A stretch of DNA of 64,000 bases, from NCBI GenBank assembly GCA_963712735.1, contig CAVQIZ010000007.1:282870-346869 (forward strand), written 5' to 3'. Shown here one piece after another: positions 1-10,023 of the stretch; positions within the stretch are counted from its first letter, which is position 1; each line of letters opens with the position of its first letter. The stretch comes from an uncultured Chloroflexia bacterium (GTDB taxonomy: Bacteria > Chloroflexota > Limnocylindria > Limnocylindrales > CSP1-4). The notes under the pieces are model-generated. The model saw only the letters and a program-made list of their open reading frames with translations, made no database searches and had not been told where the DNA came from. The position numbers were made by a program, and so were the translations under genes.

Positions 1-105
1 CAGCCCTCTGGGCGGCCTGCTCTTGCCCAATCCTTAGCGTGACGGTAGGATTTAGCCCCGCGGAGCTGTCCGCACCGTCGTCTAGATCCCGGAGGTCCTC
101 ACTCG

Positions 106-528
106 ATGCTCGAGACGCAGCCCCAGACCCCGCAGACCGTCCCGGCCGCCGAGCCCGAGGTCGCGCCCCTCGTCACCCTGTCCGATGCCGCCGTGGCCAA
201 GCTCACGGAGCTGACCAAGGACGAGGCCGATCCCAACGTGGGCCTGCGCGTGTACGTCTACAGCGGCGGCTGCAGCGGCTATCGCTACGGCATGATGCTC
301 GAAGACCAGCCGGCGGAGGAGGACGTCAAGATCACCTCCAAGGGCATCGCGGTGTACGTCGACCCGCAGTCGACGCAGCTGCTGCAGGGCTCTGAGATCG
401 ACTACGTCGACACGCTCATGGGCGCCGGTTTCACGGTCAACAACCCCAACGCCGTCTCCGGCTGCGGCTGCGGCAGCAGCTTCCGCACCGAGGAGTCGGC
501 CGGCGCTCCCGGCGCCTGCGGCCACTGA
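106..528 (+). CDS. A-type iron-sulfur cluster carrier (HesB/IscA/ErpA family)
   Basis: 140-aa ORF with GGAGG about 9 nt upstream of the ATG. Family hallmarks YVYSGGCSGYRYGM and C-terminal CGCGSSF supply the three cluster-ligating Cys. Confidence 0.9.
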   Translation: MLETQPQTPQTVPAAEPEVAPLVTLSDAAVAKLTELTKDEADPNVGLRVYVYSGGCSGYRYGMMLEDQPAEEDVKITSKGIAVYVDPQSTQLLQGSEIDYVDTLMGAGFTVNNPNAVSGCGCGSSFRTEESAGAPGACGH

Positions 529-557
529 TCGGCCGCCGACACCACTGACGCCACGAA

Positions 558-584
558 GGCGGGTCCCGTCCGGGCCCGCCTTTT
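558..584 (+). terminator. intrinsic terminator after the Fe-S carrier gene
   Basis: 9-bp GC stem GGCGGGTCC / GGGCCCGCC (one G-U pair), 5-nt loop, followed directly by TTTTCGATT. Confidence 0.6.
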
Positions 585-593
585 CGATTCTGT

Positions 594-1442
594 GTGACGA
601 TTCCCGACGTGACTGAGATCCCCATCTTCCCGCTTCGCTCGGTGCTCTGTCCGGGCGTGGCCCTGCCGCTGCACATCTTCGAGGAGCGCTACCGGCTCAT
701 GATCGGCCGCTGCATCGAGCGCGGTGAGCCCTTCGGCGTGGTCCTCCTGCGCGAGGGCGCGGAGGTGGGTGCGCTGCACGGCGAGGTCGCAGCGGTCGGC
801 ACCACGGCCGCGATCCGACGGGCCGGCGCCTACCCGGACGGCCGCCTCGACATCCTCACCGTGGGTCAGCAGCGCTTCCGCCTGGAAGGGCTCGATCGCG
901 TGTCCGAGCCGTACCTGCTGGGCCGCGTCAGCCTGCTGGATGAGCCCACCGGTCCCGAGGAGGAGCTGCGCGCCCGCGCACAGCAGGTGGGTCAGCGGTT
1001 CCTCGAATACCTCGAGCTGCTGCAGCCGGCCGGTGACCCTGACGGTCCGGAGATCGAGATCGAGTTCGAGATCGAGGTGGGCGACGCCGACGCCGACGAG
1101 ACGTCGGCAGCGGAGGCCCCGGCCGGCCCTGCGGAGGCTGGCGATGGCGGCGGCACGCCCGATGCAGCATCCGACGACGCCTCGCCCGCGCAGCGCCGGG
1201 AGCTGCTCATGGCGGCCGCCCGTCGGCTCATCGGCACCGATGACCCGACCGCGCTCTCGTACGTGCTCACGGCACTCATCCAGGTCGACCTCTCCGCCCG
1301 CCAGGAGCTGCTGGAGGCGCCCGACACCGTCGAGCGGCTGGCACGTCTCGACGGGCTGCTGGGTCGCGAGAGCTGGTTCCTCAAGCAGGGCCTGCGACCC
1401 ATCATCATCGACGCCGGCCGGGCCCGCAGTCACCGCGGCTGA
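594..1442 (+). CDS. LON peptidase N-terminal (substrate-binding) domain protein
   Basis: 282-aa ORF. N-terminus IPIFPLRSVLCPGVALPLHIFEERYRLMI matches the Lon N-domain signature. It carries an acidic insert (EIEIEFEIEVGDADADE). Confidence 0.8.
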   Translation: MTIPDVTEIPIFPLRSVLCPGVALPLHIFEERYRLMIGRCIERGEPFGVVLLREGAEVGALHGEVAAVGTTAAIRRAGAYPDGRLDILTVGQQRFRLEGLDRVSEPYLLGRVSLLDEPTGPEEELRARAQQVGQRFLEYLELLQPAGDPDGPEIEIEFEIEVGDADADETSAAEAPAGPAEAGDGGGTPDAASDDASPAQRRELLMAAARRLIGTDDPTALSYVLTALIQVDLSARQELLEAPDTVERLARLDGLLGRESWFLKQGLRPIIIDAGRARSHRG

Positions 1443-1481
1443 GCAGTCGCCTGCGCGAAGCGCCGGGCGTGCCACGAAGAA

Positions 1482-1516
1482 GCCCCGCCGCCCGGTCTCG
1501 GACCGGGCGACGGGGC
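1482..1516. terminator. bidirectional hairpin between convergent genes
   Basis: 16-bp stem GCCCCGCCGCCCGGTC / GACCGGGCGACGGGGC (1 mismatch) with a 3-nt loop. A T-rich tract TTCTTCG follows on the minus-strand side. Confidence 0.5.
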
Positions 1517-1529
1517 CGTTCGCGTCAGG

Positions 1530-2598
1530 CTATCCCTGCGGCCAGGCGCTGGGCGGCTGCCCACCCTGTGGGGGCCACTGGCCCTGCGGCGGGGGCGGAG
1601 GTGGAGCGTAGGGCGGAGGAGCGTACGGTGGCGGCGGGACCATCATCGGCTGACCCCACGGCTCGCCGTAGTAGCCCGGGGGCACGGGCGGGGCGCCACC
1701 CCCGCGCAGGACGCGCCAGCCGGCGAGGGTGACCGCACCGGTGCCGAAGATGCCGGCGAGCAGCGGCACGATGCCGGTCCACGACAGGAGCAGCAGGATC
1801 GAGCATGCCCAGGAAGGCGGCGCCGTAGGGCCGATTGGCCGTGCGTCCGCGAGGCAGGATGCGCTCGCCGATCCAGACGCCGACCACGATCTGGCCGAGG
1901 GCCACGACCACGCCCCACAGCAGGAGCAGGACGATGGCCAGCGGGATGCCCACGATGGTGATGAAGAGCAGCCCGAAGACGATGCTGGGCAGGATCAGCA
2001 TGAGCAGGCCCACGACGATGGTCTTGAGCACGTCGTTGCTGATGGTGGCCGCCGCGCGCCGCACCTGGGCGGTGCCGAAGGCGATGACCAGCAGCGTCAT
2101 CGCCAGCCAGGCGATGAAGGCGCCGATGACGAGGAAGAAGATGGCCACGATGAGGAAGGCCACCAGCGCGCCGAGTGCGCCGGCGAGCTCTTCCTCTGCG
2201 TTGGTCGTCGTGCCCACGGTGGCGGTGGCGTCGATGGACGGCTCCGTCCCGGTATACGTCAGCTCGGAGACGGTCGCGCCCGGCCCGATCTCGAGGGTGC
2301 CGCCGATGGTGAAGAGACTGTCCACGTTGGCGCTCGCGCCGCTCAGCACGACGTCGGCATCGACGGCGAACAGGCCGTCGACCGCGCCCTCGATGAGGGC
2401 CTGGCCGTTGATGACGACCACGCCGTCGGCGGTCTCGGTGGGCCCGACGGTGATGTCCCGACCAGCCGCGATCAGCACATTGTCGTCGTCGGATGAGAGT
2501 AGCCAGCCGGTCTCTTCCGCCTGGGCCATCGCCGGCAAGGCACCGACGATGAGCATGGTCATCGCGAGCAGGAATGCTCGCCACACGTTCCGTTGCAT
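1530..2598 (-). pseudogene. secreted beta-helix (bactofilin-like repeat) / multi-TM membrane protein with Pro-rich tail, one frame break
   Basis: ORF 1525-2598 gives a signal peptide, a G/V/D-rich repeat region and 4-5 TM helices, then turns to nonsense after GAAFLGML. Shifting one base at about 1800 restores ILLLLSWTGIVPLLAGIFGTGAV and the tail PPPPYAPPPYAPPPPPPQGQWPPQGG (ORF 1530-1769). Confidence 0.6.
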
Positions 2599-2918
2599 CT
2601 GATCCTCCCTATTGGAACGCCAGCGTAACCGCAGCGCGCCAGAGCTGCCAGCCGGATAGTCACAGCGGCCCGATCCTCGGGCGGGGCCGGCGGCCTCCCC
2701 GCGGCTCGAACGCTCGACGGGGGCCGAGCGACACGGCGCAGACGTGACCGCTCACCTGCCCCACGGGGGGCCTATCGGCCCTGCGCAGACCACCCTCGAC
2801 GGCGCACACTTGTCCTGACCCGCGGCCTCCCCCTTGGTCGCGGGACCTACCCGCGACACCCGTGCGCACGTCGATGTGCGCCGGTCAACCAAGCCCACAC
2901 ACCAAGGAGGCCTGACAC

Positions 2919-5900
2919 ATGGCCCAGCAATGGGAGTGTCTCGATGGGAACGAGGCCGCCGCTCGTATCGCGTATCAGCTGAGCGAGGTCATCTCGATCT
3001 ACCCCATCACGCCGGCTTCGCCGATGGCGGAACACACCGACGACTGGGCAGCACAGGGCAAGCCCAACATGTGGGGCATCGTCCCCGACGTCGTGGAGAT
3101 GCAGTCCGAGGCCGGTGCTGCCGGCGCGCTGCACGGCGCGCTGCAGAAGGGCGCCCTCGGCGCCACGTTCACCGCGTCGCAGGGCCTGCTCCTGATGATC
3201 CCCAACATGTTCAAGATCGCGGGTGAGCTGACGCCCTCGGTCATCCATGTCTCCGCCCGCACCGTCGCCACGCACGCGCTCTCCATCTTCGGCGATCACA
3301 GCGACGTGATGGCGGCCCGTTCCTGCGGCTGGGCGATGCTCGCGGCCGCCTCGGTTCAGGAGGTCCAGGACCTGGCGCTGGTGGCGCATGCGGCGACGTT
3401 GCGCTCGCGCATCCCGTTCCTGCACTTCTTCGACGGCTTCCGCACCTCGCACGAGGTCGACAAGATCGCCATGCTCGACCAGAGCGACCTGCGCGCCCTC
3501 GTGCGCGAGCAGGACGTGCTCGACTTCCGCGCCCGCGGCATGTCACCGGAGGCTCCGGTGGTGCGCGGCACGGCCCAGAACCCCGACGTCTTCTTCCAGG
3601 CACGGGAAGCGGCCAACCCCTACATGGATGCCGTCAAGGGCATCGTGGCCGAGGTCATGGCCGAGCTCAGCGAGCGCACCGGTCGGCAGTACGACCTGGT
3701 GACCTATACCGGCGCCCCCGATGCCGAGCGCGTCATCCTCGTCATGGGCTCGGGCACGGGCGCCGTCAAGGAGACCGTCGAGGTCATGGCCGCCGCCGGC
3801 GAGAAGGTCGGCATGGTGCAGGTGCGGCTCTTCCAGCCGTTCCCGTCGGAGGAGCTCGTGGCGGCACTGCCGGCCACGGTCAAGTCCATCGCCGTGCTCG
3901 ACCGGACCAAGGAGCCCGGAGCCGTCGGAGAGCCGTTCTACCTCGCCACCGTGGCTGCCATCAACGAGGCCATGGACAGCGCAGACGCCCCCTTCGCGGT
4001 CGCGCCGCGCATCATCGGCGGCCGCTACGGCCTCTCCTCCAAGGAATTCACGCCGCAGATGGTCAAGCCCGTCTATGACGAGCTGGCCAAGGAGGTGCCC
4101 AAGCGGCACTTCACGGTCGGCATCTACGACGACGTGACCAACCTCTCCCTTCCCATCGACCGCGAGTTCGTGCGACCGCGTCCGGAGGGCCAGGTGCAGG
4201 CCATGTTCTTCGGGCTCGGCTCGGATGGCACGGTTGGAGCCAACAAGGCCTCGGTGAAGATCATCGGCGAGGGCACGGACCTGTACTCGCAGGGCCACTT
4301 CGTCTACGACTCGAAGAAGTCGGGCGCGGTGACCGTGTCGCACCTGCGCTTCGGTCCCGAGCTCATCGAGTCGACCTACGAGATCCAGGCCGCCGACTTC
4401 GTGGCCTGCCACCAGTTCGGCCTGCTCCACAAGATGCCGGTGCTCGACCGGGCCAGGCAAGGCGCCACCTTCCTCCTCAACAGCCCCTACGGGCCGGACG
4501 AGGTCTGGCAGCACCTGCCCAGCAAGGTCCAGCAGCAGATCGTCGACAAGGACATCGAGCTCTACGTCATCGATGCCTTCGCCGTCGCCGGCGAGGTCGG
4601 CATGGGCAATCGCATCAACACCGTCATGCAGCCCTGCTTCTTCAAGCTCTCCGGCGTGTTGCCGGAGGACGAGGCCATCGCGGCCATCAAGAAGTTCGTG
4701 GAGAAGACCTACGGCAAGCGCGGCGAGAAGGTCGTGCAGCGCAACTACGCCGCCATCGACCTCTCGCTCGAGCGCCTGCACAAGGTGGAGGCCGGACCCG
4801 CACCGGCATCGATCGAGATCCAGGCCATCGTCCCGGAGGACGCTCCGGACTTCGTCAAGGACGTCACCGCCCGCATCATGGCCGGCGAGGGCGACCTGCT
4901 GCCGGTCAGCGCGTTCCCCGTCGACGGCACATTCATCACCGGGACGACGAAGTACGAGAAGCGCGCCATCGCCCAGGAGATCCCCATCTGGGACGAGGCC
5001 ATCTGCATCGACTGCGGCAAGTGCGCCATGGTCTGTCCGCATGCGGCCATCCGCATGAAGGTCTATCCGGAGGCACAGCTGCAGCAGCTCTCCGCTGACT
5101 TCAAGTCCAAGGACTTCCGCTCACGCGAGCTGGAGAACCACAAGCTGACCATCCAGGTCACGCCAGACGACTGCACTGGCTGCGGTGTCTGTGTCGATAT
5201 CTGCCCGGCCAGGTCCAAGTCGGAGGTCAAGCACAAGGCCATCAACATGGAGCCCTACCGGGAGCATGTGGAGGCGGAGCGCAAGCGCTGGGACGAGTTC
5301 CTCTCGATCCCCCAGCTCGACCGCTCCCTGCTGCCGCATGACACCATCAAGGGCAGCCAGGTCCTGGAGCCGCTCTTCGAGTTCTCCGGTGCCTGCTCCG
5401 GCTGCGGCGAGACGCCCTACGTCAAGCTTGTCAGCCAGCTCTTCGGCGACCGCATGATCGTGGCCAACGCCACGGGCTGCTCGTCGATCTACGGCGGCAA
5501 CCTGCCGACCACGCCATGGTCCACCAACGCCGCCGGCCGTGGTCCGGCCTGGAACAACTCGCTGTTCGAGGACAACGCCGAGTTCGGCCTGGGCATGCGC
5601 CTGGCGCTCGACGTCCAGACCAGGCATGCCAAGCAGCTGCTCAAGAAGCTGGGTCCGGTCGTCGGCGAGGCGCTCGTCGACGAGATCCTGGGGAACGCCC
5701 AGGACAGCGAGGCCAGCATCGCGCGACAGCGCGAGTCGGTCGAGAAGCTGCGTGCAGCCCTCGCCGGCATCAGCGGGGAGCAGAGGGCCGACGCCGACAC
5801 GCTGCTCTCGGTGTCGGGTGACCTCATCCGCACCGGTGTCTGGATCATGGGCGGTGACGGCTGGGCTTACGACATCGGCTTCGGCGGTGTCGACCAGGCG

Positions 5901-6560
5901 CTCAGCTCCGGGCGCGACATCAACATCCTCGTGCTCGATACACAGGTCTACTCCAACACCGGCGGGCAGGCCTCCAAGGCCACGCCGCGCGGTGCGGTCG
6001 CCAAGTTCGCGGCGGCCGGGAAGCCCAGCGGGCGCAAGGACCTGGGCGCCATCGCGCGGGCGTACGGCAACGTCTACGTGGCCCAGATCGCACTCGGCGC
6101 CAACGACGCACAGACCAACAAGGCCATGCTGGAAGCCGAGGCCTGGCCCGGCCCGTCGATCATCATCGCCTACAGCACCTGCATCGCCCACGGCATCGAC
6201 ATGTCGACGTCGATGACGCATCAGAAGGACGCGGTCAAGTCCGGCTTCTGGCCGCTCTACCGCTACACACCAAGCGAGTCGGCTGAAGGTCAGCCCTTCA
6301 AGCTCGACTCCAAGGCGCCATCGATGCCTATCAGCGAGTTCGTGGAGTCGGAGACACGCTTCGCCATCCTCAAGCGCACGCAGCCCGAGCGGGCCGCCAA
6401 GCTGGCGGCACTGGCACAGGCCGATGCCGACGAGCGCTGGCGCTACTACAGCCAGCTGGCCGATGTCCAGCGCAGCATCCCCAGCCTCGAGCACGAGCCA
6501 TCGGCGGCGTCGGCCGATGGCCCGGATGCCGGCAGCAACGGGAAGGGAGACTCCAAGTGA
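2919..6560 (+). CDS. nifJ: pyruvate:ferredoxin (flavodoxin) oxidoreductase, single-chain PFOR
   Basis: 1,213-aa uninterrupted ORF with AAGGAGG 8 nt upstream. N-terminus LDGNEAAARIAYQLSEVISIYPITPASPM. Two ferredoxin motifs CIDCGKCAMVCP and CTGCGVCVDICP. TPP motif GGDGWAYDIGFGG. Confidence 0.97.
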   Translation: MAQQWECLDGNEAAARIAYQLSEVISIYPITPASPMAEHTDDWAAQGKPNMWGIVPDVVEMQSEAGAAGALHGALQKGALGATFTASQGLLLMIPNMFKIAGELTPSVIHVSARTVATHALSIFGDHSDVMAARSCGWAMLAAASVQEVQDLALVAHAATLRSRIPFLHFFDGFRTSHEVDKIAMLDQSDLRALVREQDVLDFRARGMSPEAPVVRGTAQNPDVFFQAREAANPYMDAVKGIVAEVMAELSERTGRQYDLVTYTGAPDAERVILVMGSGTGAVKETVEVMAAAGEKVGMVQVRLFQPFPSEELVAALPATVKSIAVLDRTKEPGAVGEPFYLATVAAINEAMDSADAPFAVAPRIIGGRYGLSSKEFTPQMVKPVYDELAKEVPKRHFTVGIYDDVTNLSLPIDREFVRPRPEGQVQAMFFGLGSDGTVGANKASVKIIGEGTDLYSQGHFVYDSKKSGAVTVSHLRFGPELIESTYEIQAADFVACHQFGLLHKMPVLDRARQGATFLLNSPYGPDEVWQHLPSKVQQQIVDKDIELYVIDAFAVAGEVGMGNRINTVMQPCFFKLSGVLPEDEAIAAIKKFVEKTYGKRGEKVVQRNYAAIDLSLERLHKVEAGPAPASIEIQAIVPEDAPDFVKDVTARIMAGEGDLLPVSAFPVDGTFITGTTKYEKRAIAQEIPIWDEAICIDCGKCAMVCPHAAIRMKVYPEAQLQQLSADFKSKDFRSRELENHKLTIQVTPDDCTGCGVCVDICPARSKSEVKHKAINMEPYREHVEAERKRWDEFLSIPQLDRSLLPHDTIKGSQVLEPLFEFSGACSGCGETPYVKLVSQLFGDRMIVANATGCSSIYGGNLPTTPWSTNAAGRGPAWNNSLFEDNAEFGLGMRLALDVQTRHAKQLLKKLGPVVGEALVDEILGNAQDSEASIARQRESVEKLRAALAGISGEQRADADTLLSVSGDLIRTGVWIMGGDGWAYDIGFGGVDQALSSGRDINILVLDTQVYSNTGGQASKATPRGAVAKFAAAGKPSGRKDLGAIARAYGNVYVAQIALGANDAQTNKAMLEAEAWPGPSIIIAYSTCIAHGIDMSTSMTHQKDAVKSGFWPLYRYTPSESAEGQPFKLDSKAPSMPISEFVESETRFAILKRTQPERAAKLAALAQADADERWRYYSQLADVQRSIPSLEHEPSAASADGPDAGSNGKGDSK

Positions 6561-7585
6561 AGGTCGATCTCAGCACCCGCTACCTGGGGCTCGAGCTTCG
6601 CTCACCGATCGTGGCCTCGGCCTGCCCGCTCACCCGCGACCTCGCCGCGGTCGCCCAGATCGAGAGCGCGGGGGCCGGCGCCATCGTGATGCCCTCGCTC
6701 TTCGAGGAGGAGATCGAGAACGAGGAGATCGAGCTGGCGGCGTCGCTCGACCAGGGCACCGACCACTTCGCCGAAGCGCTCGACTACTTCCCCGAGGTGG
6801 ACACCTTCATCGGTGAAGGCGACCGCTACCTGCGCGCCCTCGAGGCCATCAAGAGGCAGGCATCGGTGCCGATCATCGGCAGCCTCAACGCCAACTCGGT
6901 CGGCGGCTGGGTCCGCTTCGCCAAGCTCATGGCTGACGCCGGTGCCGACGCGCTGGAGCTGAACCTCTACCGCGTCAGCGTCGACCGCTCTCGCACCGCC
7001 AACGACATCGAGGACGAGGACCTTGACCTCATCGCTGCCGTGCGGTCCGCGGTCGGCCTGCCACTGGCGGTCAAGCTCAGCCCCTACTACTCGTCGCTGG
7101 CGAACTTCGCCGGCCGCGTGGTGGAGGCGGGTGCCAACGGCCTCGTGCTCTTCAACCGCTTCTACCAGCCGGACATCGATCTCGACGAGCTGGCCGTGGT
7201 GCCGCGCGTGAGCCTCTCCCATCCCTCCGAGCTGCGACTACCCATGCGCTGGACCGCGATCCTGCGCCCGCAGCTGGGTCCGGAGGTGAGCATCGCCGCG
7301 ACGTCCGGCGTCCACAGCGGAGCGGACGCGGTGAAGGCGCTGATGGTGGGCGCGGACGTGGCCATGGTCGCCTCCGCCATCCTGCGCGAGGGCCCGGCCA
7401 AGATCGCCGACATCGAGTCGGAGATGCGATTGTGGCTGGAGGAGAACGAGTACAGCTCCGTCACTCAGCTGCGCGGGTCGGCCAGCCAGGGCAGCGTGGA
7501 GGACCCGGGCACGTTCGAGCGGGCCCAGTACATCCGCACGCTGCACTCCTGGGCCGCGCCCGCCGATCGCGTCGCCCGCGCGTAA
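6557..7585 (+). CDS. dihydroorotate dehydrogenase-like TIM-barrel flavoprotein (not canonical PyrD)
   Basis: 342-aa ORF. Its GTG start overlaps the nifJ TGA (GTGA). It shows a class-1 DHOD-like fold pattern (IVASACPLT, ALELNLY, AATSGV), but the catalytic-loop region reads ELNLYRVSVD with no Cys/Ser base motif. Confidence 0.85.
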   Translation: MKVDLSTRYLGLELRSPIVASACPLTRDLAAVAQIESAGAGAIVMPSLFEEEIENEEIELAASLDQGTDHFAEALDYFPEVDTFIGEGDRYLRALEAIKRQASVPIIGSLNANSVGGWVRFAKLMADAGADALELNLYRVSVDRSRTANDIEDEDLDLIAAVRSAVGLPLAVKLSPYYSSLANFAGRVVEAGANGLVLFNRFYQPDIDLDELAVVPRVSLSHPSELRLPMRWTAILRPQLGPEVSIAATSGVHSGADAVKALMVGADVAMVASAILREGPAKIADIESEMRLWLEENEYSSVTQLRGSASQGSVEDPGTFERAQYIRTLHSWAAPADRVARA

Positions 7586-7604
7586 CCGGTCCCCTCAAGC
7601 TTCC

Positions 7605-7638
7605 AACGGGCGTCCAGCCAACGGCAGGGCGCCCGTTT
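7605..7638 (+). terminator. putative terminator after the nifJ / DHOD-like operon
   Basis: AACGGGCG ... CGCCCGTT stem followed by TTCG. The loop is long (17 nt), so support is moderate. Confidence 0.4.
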
Positions 7639-7689
7639 CGCATGCGCACCATGTCCGCTGCGCAGGCGGCCCCGAGCGGCGCGTGCCTC

Positions 7690-8658
7690 TCAGGACCATC
7701 GCTGGCGAAGCCAGCGAAGCTTCGTACGGGCATGGAACCCGGCCCCGCCCTCATGGTCGTTGTAGGGGTATTCGACGATCTCCTTCGGCCCGGCGTAGAG
7801 GTTGTAGGCGGCGTACACCGTCGAGGGTGGACAGGTCTCGTCCATCAGGCCCACGGAGAACAGGGCTGGGGCGCTGGCACGGCCTCCCAGCGTGGCGGCA
7901 TCGAAGTAGCCCAGCGTGGAGAGGGCACGGTCGACGTGATCACGATGGACGCGCAGGTAGCGCACGACCTCCGCGTAGGGGTCGCTGTCGACGAGCGTCG
8001 TGGCCCGCCGAAGGTCGCAGAGGAACGGCACGTCCGGGGCGACGGCCGAGACGTCACCCACGAGGCCGGCCACGGCAAGCGTGATGCCACCTCCCTGGCT
8101 GCCGCCGGTCACGGCGACGCGACGGCCATCCACTGCCGGATGGCTGCGCACGGCCTCTACGGCGCGCACCGCATCGGTGTAGACACGTCGGTAGTAGTAG
8201 GTCGCAGGGTCGAGGATGCCCCGTGTCATGAAGCCGGGGTAGGCGGGGTTGCCCGTCGTCTCAGGATCCGGCGTGTCACCAGCCGACCACGCCGAACCCT
8301 GGCCGCGCGTGTCCATCACGAAGTGCGCGAAGCCCGCCACGGCGAACAGGATCTCCTCGTGGGCCAGACCGCGGCCCCCTCCGTAGCCCTGGTACTGCAC
8401 CACTGCCGGCAGCGGGCCATCCGCGTGGGCCGGCAGATGGAGCCATCCCCTGACCGTGGAGCCACCGAAGCCGGCGTACTCGACGTCGAAGGTCTCGATC
8501 AGTCGGAGATCGTTCGAGGTGGGCTCGAAGCTGGGTCGCAGGTCGTGCGCCCGCGCCTCTGCCAGCGTCTGCTCCCAGAAGCTGTCCAGGTCCGCCGGTT
8601 CGGGGATGTCCGGGGTGTAGACGCGCAGCTGATCCAGTGGCAGATCGTAGTGGGCCAT
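7690..8658 (-). CDS. acetylxylan esterase / cephalosporin-C deacetylase (CE7 family)
   Basis: MAHYDLPLDQLRVYTPD matches the CE7 N-terminus, so the start is moved to the internal ATG at 8658. Nucleophile elbow GGSQGGG; oxyanion region YQGYGGGRG. Confidence 0.85.
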   Translation of the reverse strand: MAHYDLPLDQLRVYTPDIPEPADLDSFWEQTLAEARAHDLRPSFEPTSNDLRLIETFDVEYAGFGGSTVRGWLHLPAHADGPLPAVVQYQGYGGGRGLAHEEILFAVAGFAHFVMDTRGQGSAWSAGDTPDPETTGNPAYPGFMTRGILDPATYYYRRVYTDAVRAVEAVRSHPAVDGRRVAVTGGSQGGGITLAVAGLVGDVSAVAPDVPFLCDLRRATTLVDSDPYAEVVRYLRVHRDHVDRALSTLGYFDAATLGGRASAPALFSVGLMDETCPPSTVYAAYNLYAGPKEIVEYPYNDHEGGAGFHARTKLRWLRQRWS

Positions 8659-8786
8659 GGGGAGCCTCGTCATACGGGGATTCCGGACTCGATCGTACCT
8701 TCCGTCGAGCCGGCCTGGCCGCACGCTGTGCTCGTGCGTCGCGCGTGCGGGGGCGCTGCGAGCGCGCGGGTCCCGACGCTGGGCTG

Positions 8787-9227
8787 CTAGCCGTCGGCGG
8801 CCAGGCCGTCGACCGAGCGCAGCACGAAGCGTGTCTCGCTCTCGGCCACGAGGCCGTGTGCCTTGAGCTCGGCGATGACGCGGTCGACCTCGGCCAGGTC
8901 GTCGAAGTGGCCCGCCAGCAGGTAATCGAAACGGCCGGTGATGTGGTGAGCCTCGGTGATGGCGTCGTGCAGCGACAGCTCCGCCTCGAAGCGCCCGGCG
9001 CGGATGCCGGGCGCGAGCTTGACGTCGACGAAGGCGTGGATGGGGCGGCCCAGGGCTGACCAGTCGCGGCGCAGCGAGAAGCCAGTGATGACACCTCGAC
9101 GCTGCAGCCGCCGCACGCGGTCTGCCACCGCGTTGGGGGAGAGGTGCACCACCGCCGCCAGGTCACCCCAGCGCATCCGTCCATCCTGCGCGAGTACCCT
9201 GAGGATATCGCGGTCGATAGCGTCCAT
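8787..9227 (-). CDS. Lrp/AsnC family transcriptional regulator
   Basis: 146 aa. HTH region DRDILRVLAQDGRMRWGDLAAVVHLSPNAVADRVRRLQRRGVI plus a C-terminal RAM-type domain. Divergent from the LysE gene. Confidence 0.9.
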   Translation of the reverse strand: MDAIDRDILRVLAQDGRMRWGDLAAVVHLSPNAVADRVRRLQRRGVITGFSLRRDWSALGRPIHAFVDVKLAPGIRAGRFEAELSLHDAITEAHHITGRFDYLLAGHFDDLAEVDRVIAELKAHGLVAESETRFVLRSVDGLAADG

Positions 9228-9236
9228 GACTGTGAT

Positions 9237-9265
9237 TATCGCAGCACCGAGAGCATATCAGCACC
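9237..9265. promoter_or_regulatory. possible Lrp operator in the Lrp/LysE divergent region
   Basis: Locally AT-richer 77-bp intergenic region with a direct repeat TATCGCAGCACC ... TATCAGCACC. Confidence 0.25.
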
Positions 9266-9304
9266 AGAGATGCGTGCCATCTGAGGCGCCGGCGAGGTCA
9301 CCAT

Positions 9305-9970
9305 GTGGGCATGGCTCCAGCCACCGTCCTCGGCTTCGCCGCGGCATCGCTCGCCCTCATCGCCGTGCCGGGTCCCAGCGTCCTCTTCGCCATCAGCCGG
9401 GCACTGGTGGGAGGTCGGCGTTACGCCCTGCTGACCGTGCTGGGGAACTCGGCTGGGCTATTCGCGCAGGTCGTTGCCGTGACGTTCGGCCTCGGCGTCA
9501 TCCTCGGACGCGATGGAGTGGCGCAGAGCGCCCTGAGCGTGGGCGGCGCGGCCTACCTGGCCTGGCTGGGCATCGGCGCCCTTCGTCGCCGCGAGGTGGT
9601 CTCGCGACCGCTCACCGCGACCCTGGAGCGTCGTTCGATCGCGCCGCTACTGGACGGCTTCATCATCGGCGCCAGCAACCCCAAGTCGCTTCTCTTCCTC
9701 GCTGTGCTGCTGCCAGGGTTCGTCGACGAGGGGGCCGGATCGGCCGCGCAGCAGATGCTGGCGCTGGGGGTGCTCTTCTGCCTCATCGCGCTGCTGTCCG
9801 ACGGCGCCTGGGCGGTCGCTGCGGCGCGTGCGCGCGATGCGCTGTCCGAGCACCCCCAGCGGCTGCGCTGGGCGTCGGTCGCCGGCGGAACGCTGATGAT
9901 CGTCCTGGCCTTGCTCGTGCTGCTCGGGGGGCCTGGCCAGGCCATCGGCGGGCGCGGCCCGGTGGGCTAG
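9305..9970 (+). CDS. LysE/RhtB family amino-acid exporter
   Basis: 221 aa, 5-6 TM helices, N-terminal AASLALIAVPGPSVLFAISRAL motif. Classic pairing with a divergent Lrp regulator. Confidence 0.85.
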   Translation: MGMAPATVLGFAAASLALIAVPGPSVLFAISRALVGGRRYALLTVLGNSAGLFAQVVAVTFGLGVILGRDGVAQSALSVGGAAYLAWLGIGALRRREVVSRPLTATLERRSIAPLLDGFIIGASNPKSLLFLAVLLPGFVDEGAGSAAQQMLALGVLFCLIALLSDGAWAVAAARARDALSEHPQRLRWASVAGGTLMIVLALLVLLGGPGQAIGGRGPVG

Positions 9971-10023
9971 CCTGCCCGACCGGCCCGGTCGGCTAGGTGC
10001 GCCGATGCCGACCGGGGCGCTGG

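Noticed and set aside
2864-2881. Inverted repeat GCGCAC-GTCGAT-GTGCGC in the nifJ leader as an operator
   Set aside because: The 6-bp GC-only arms are expected by chance at this GC content, with no supporting second site.
3543-6494. 499-aa and 457-aa minus-strand ORFs inside nifJ
   Set aside because: They are antisense shadows of an unambiguous 1,213-aa PFOR gene, with no recognisable domains.
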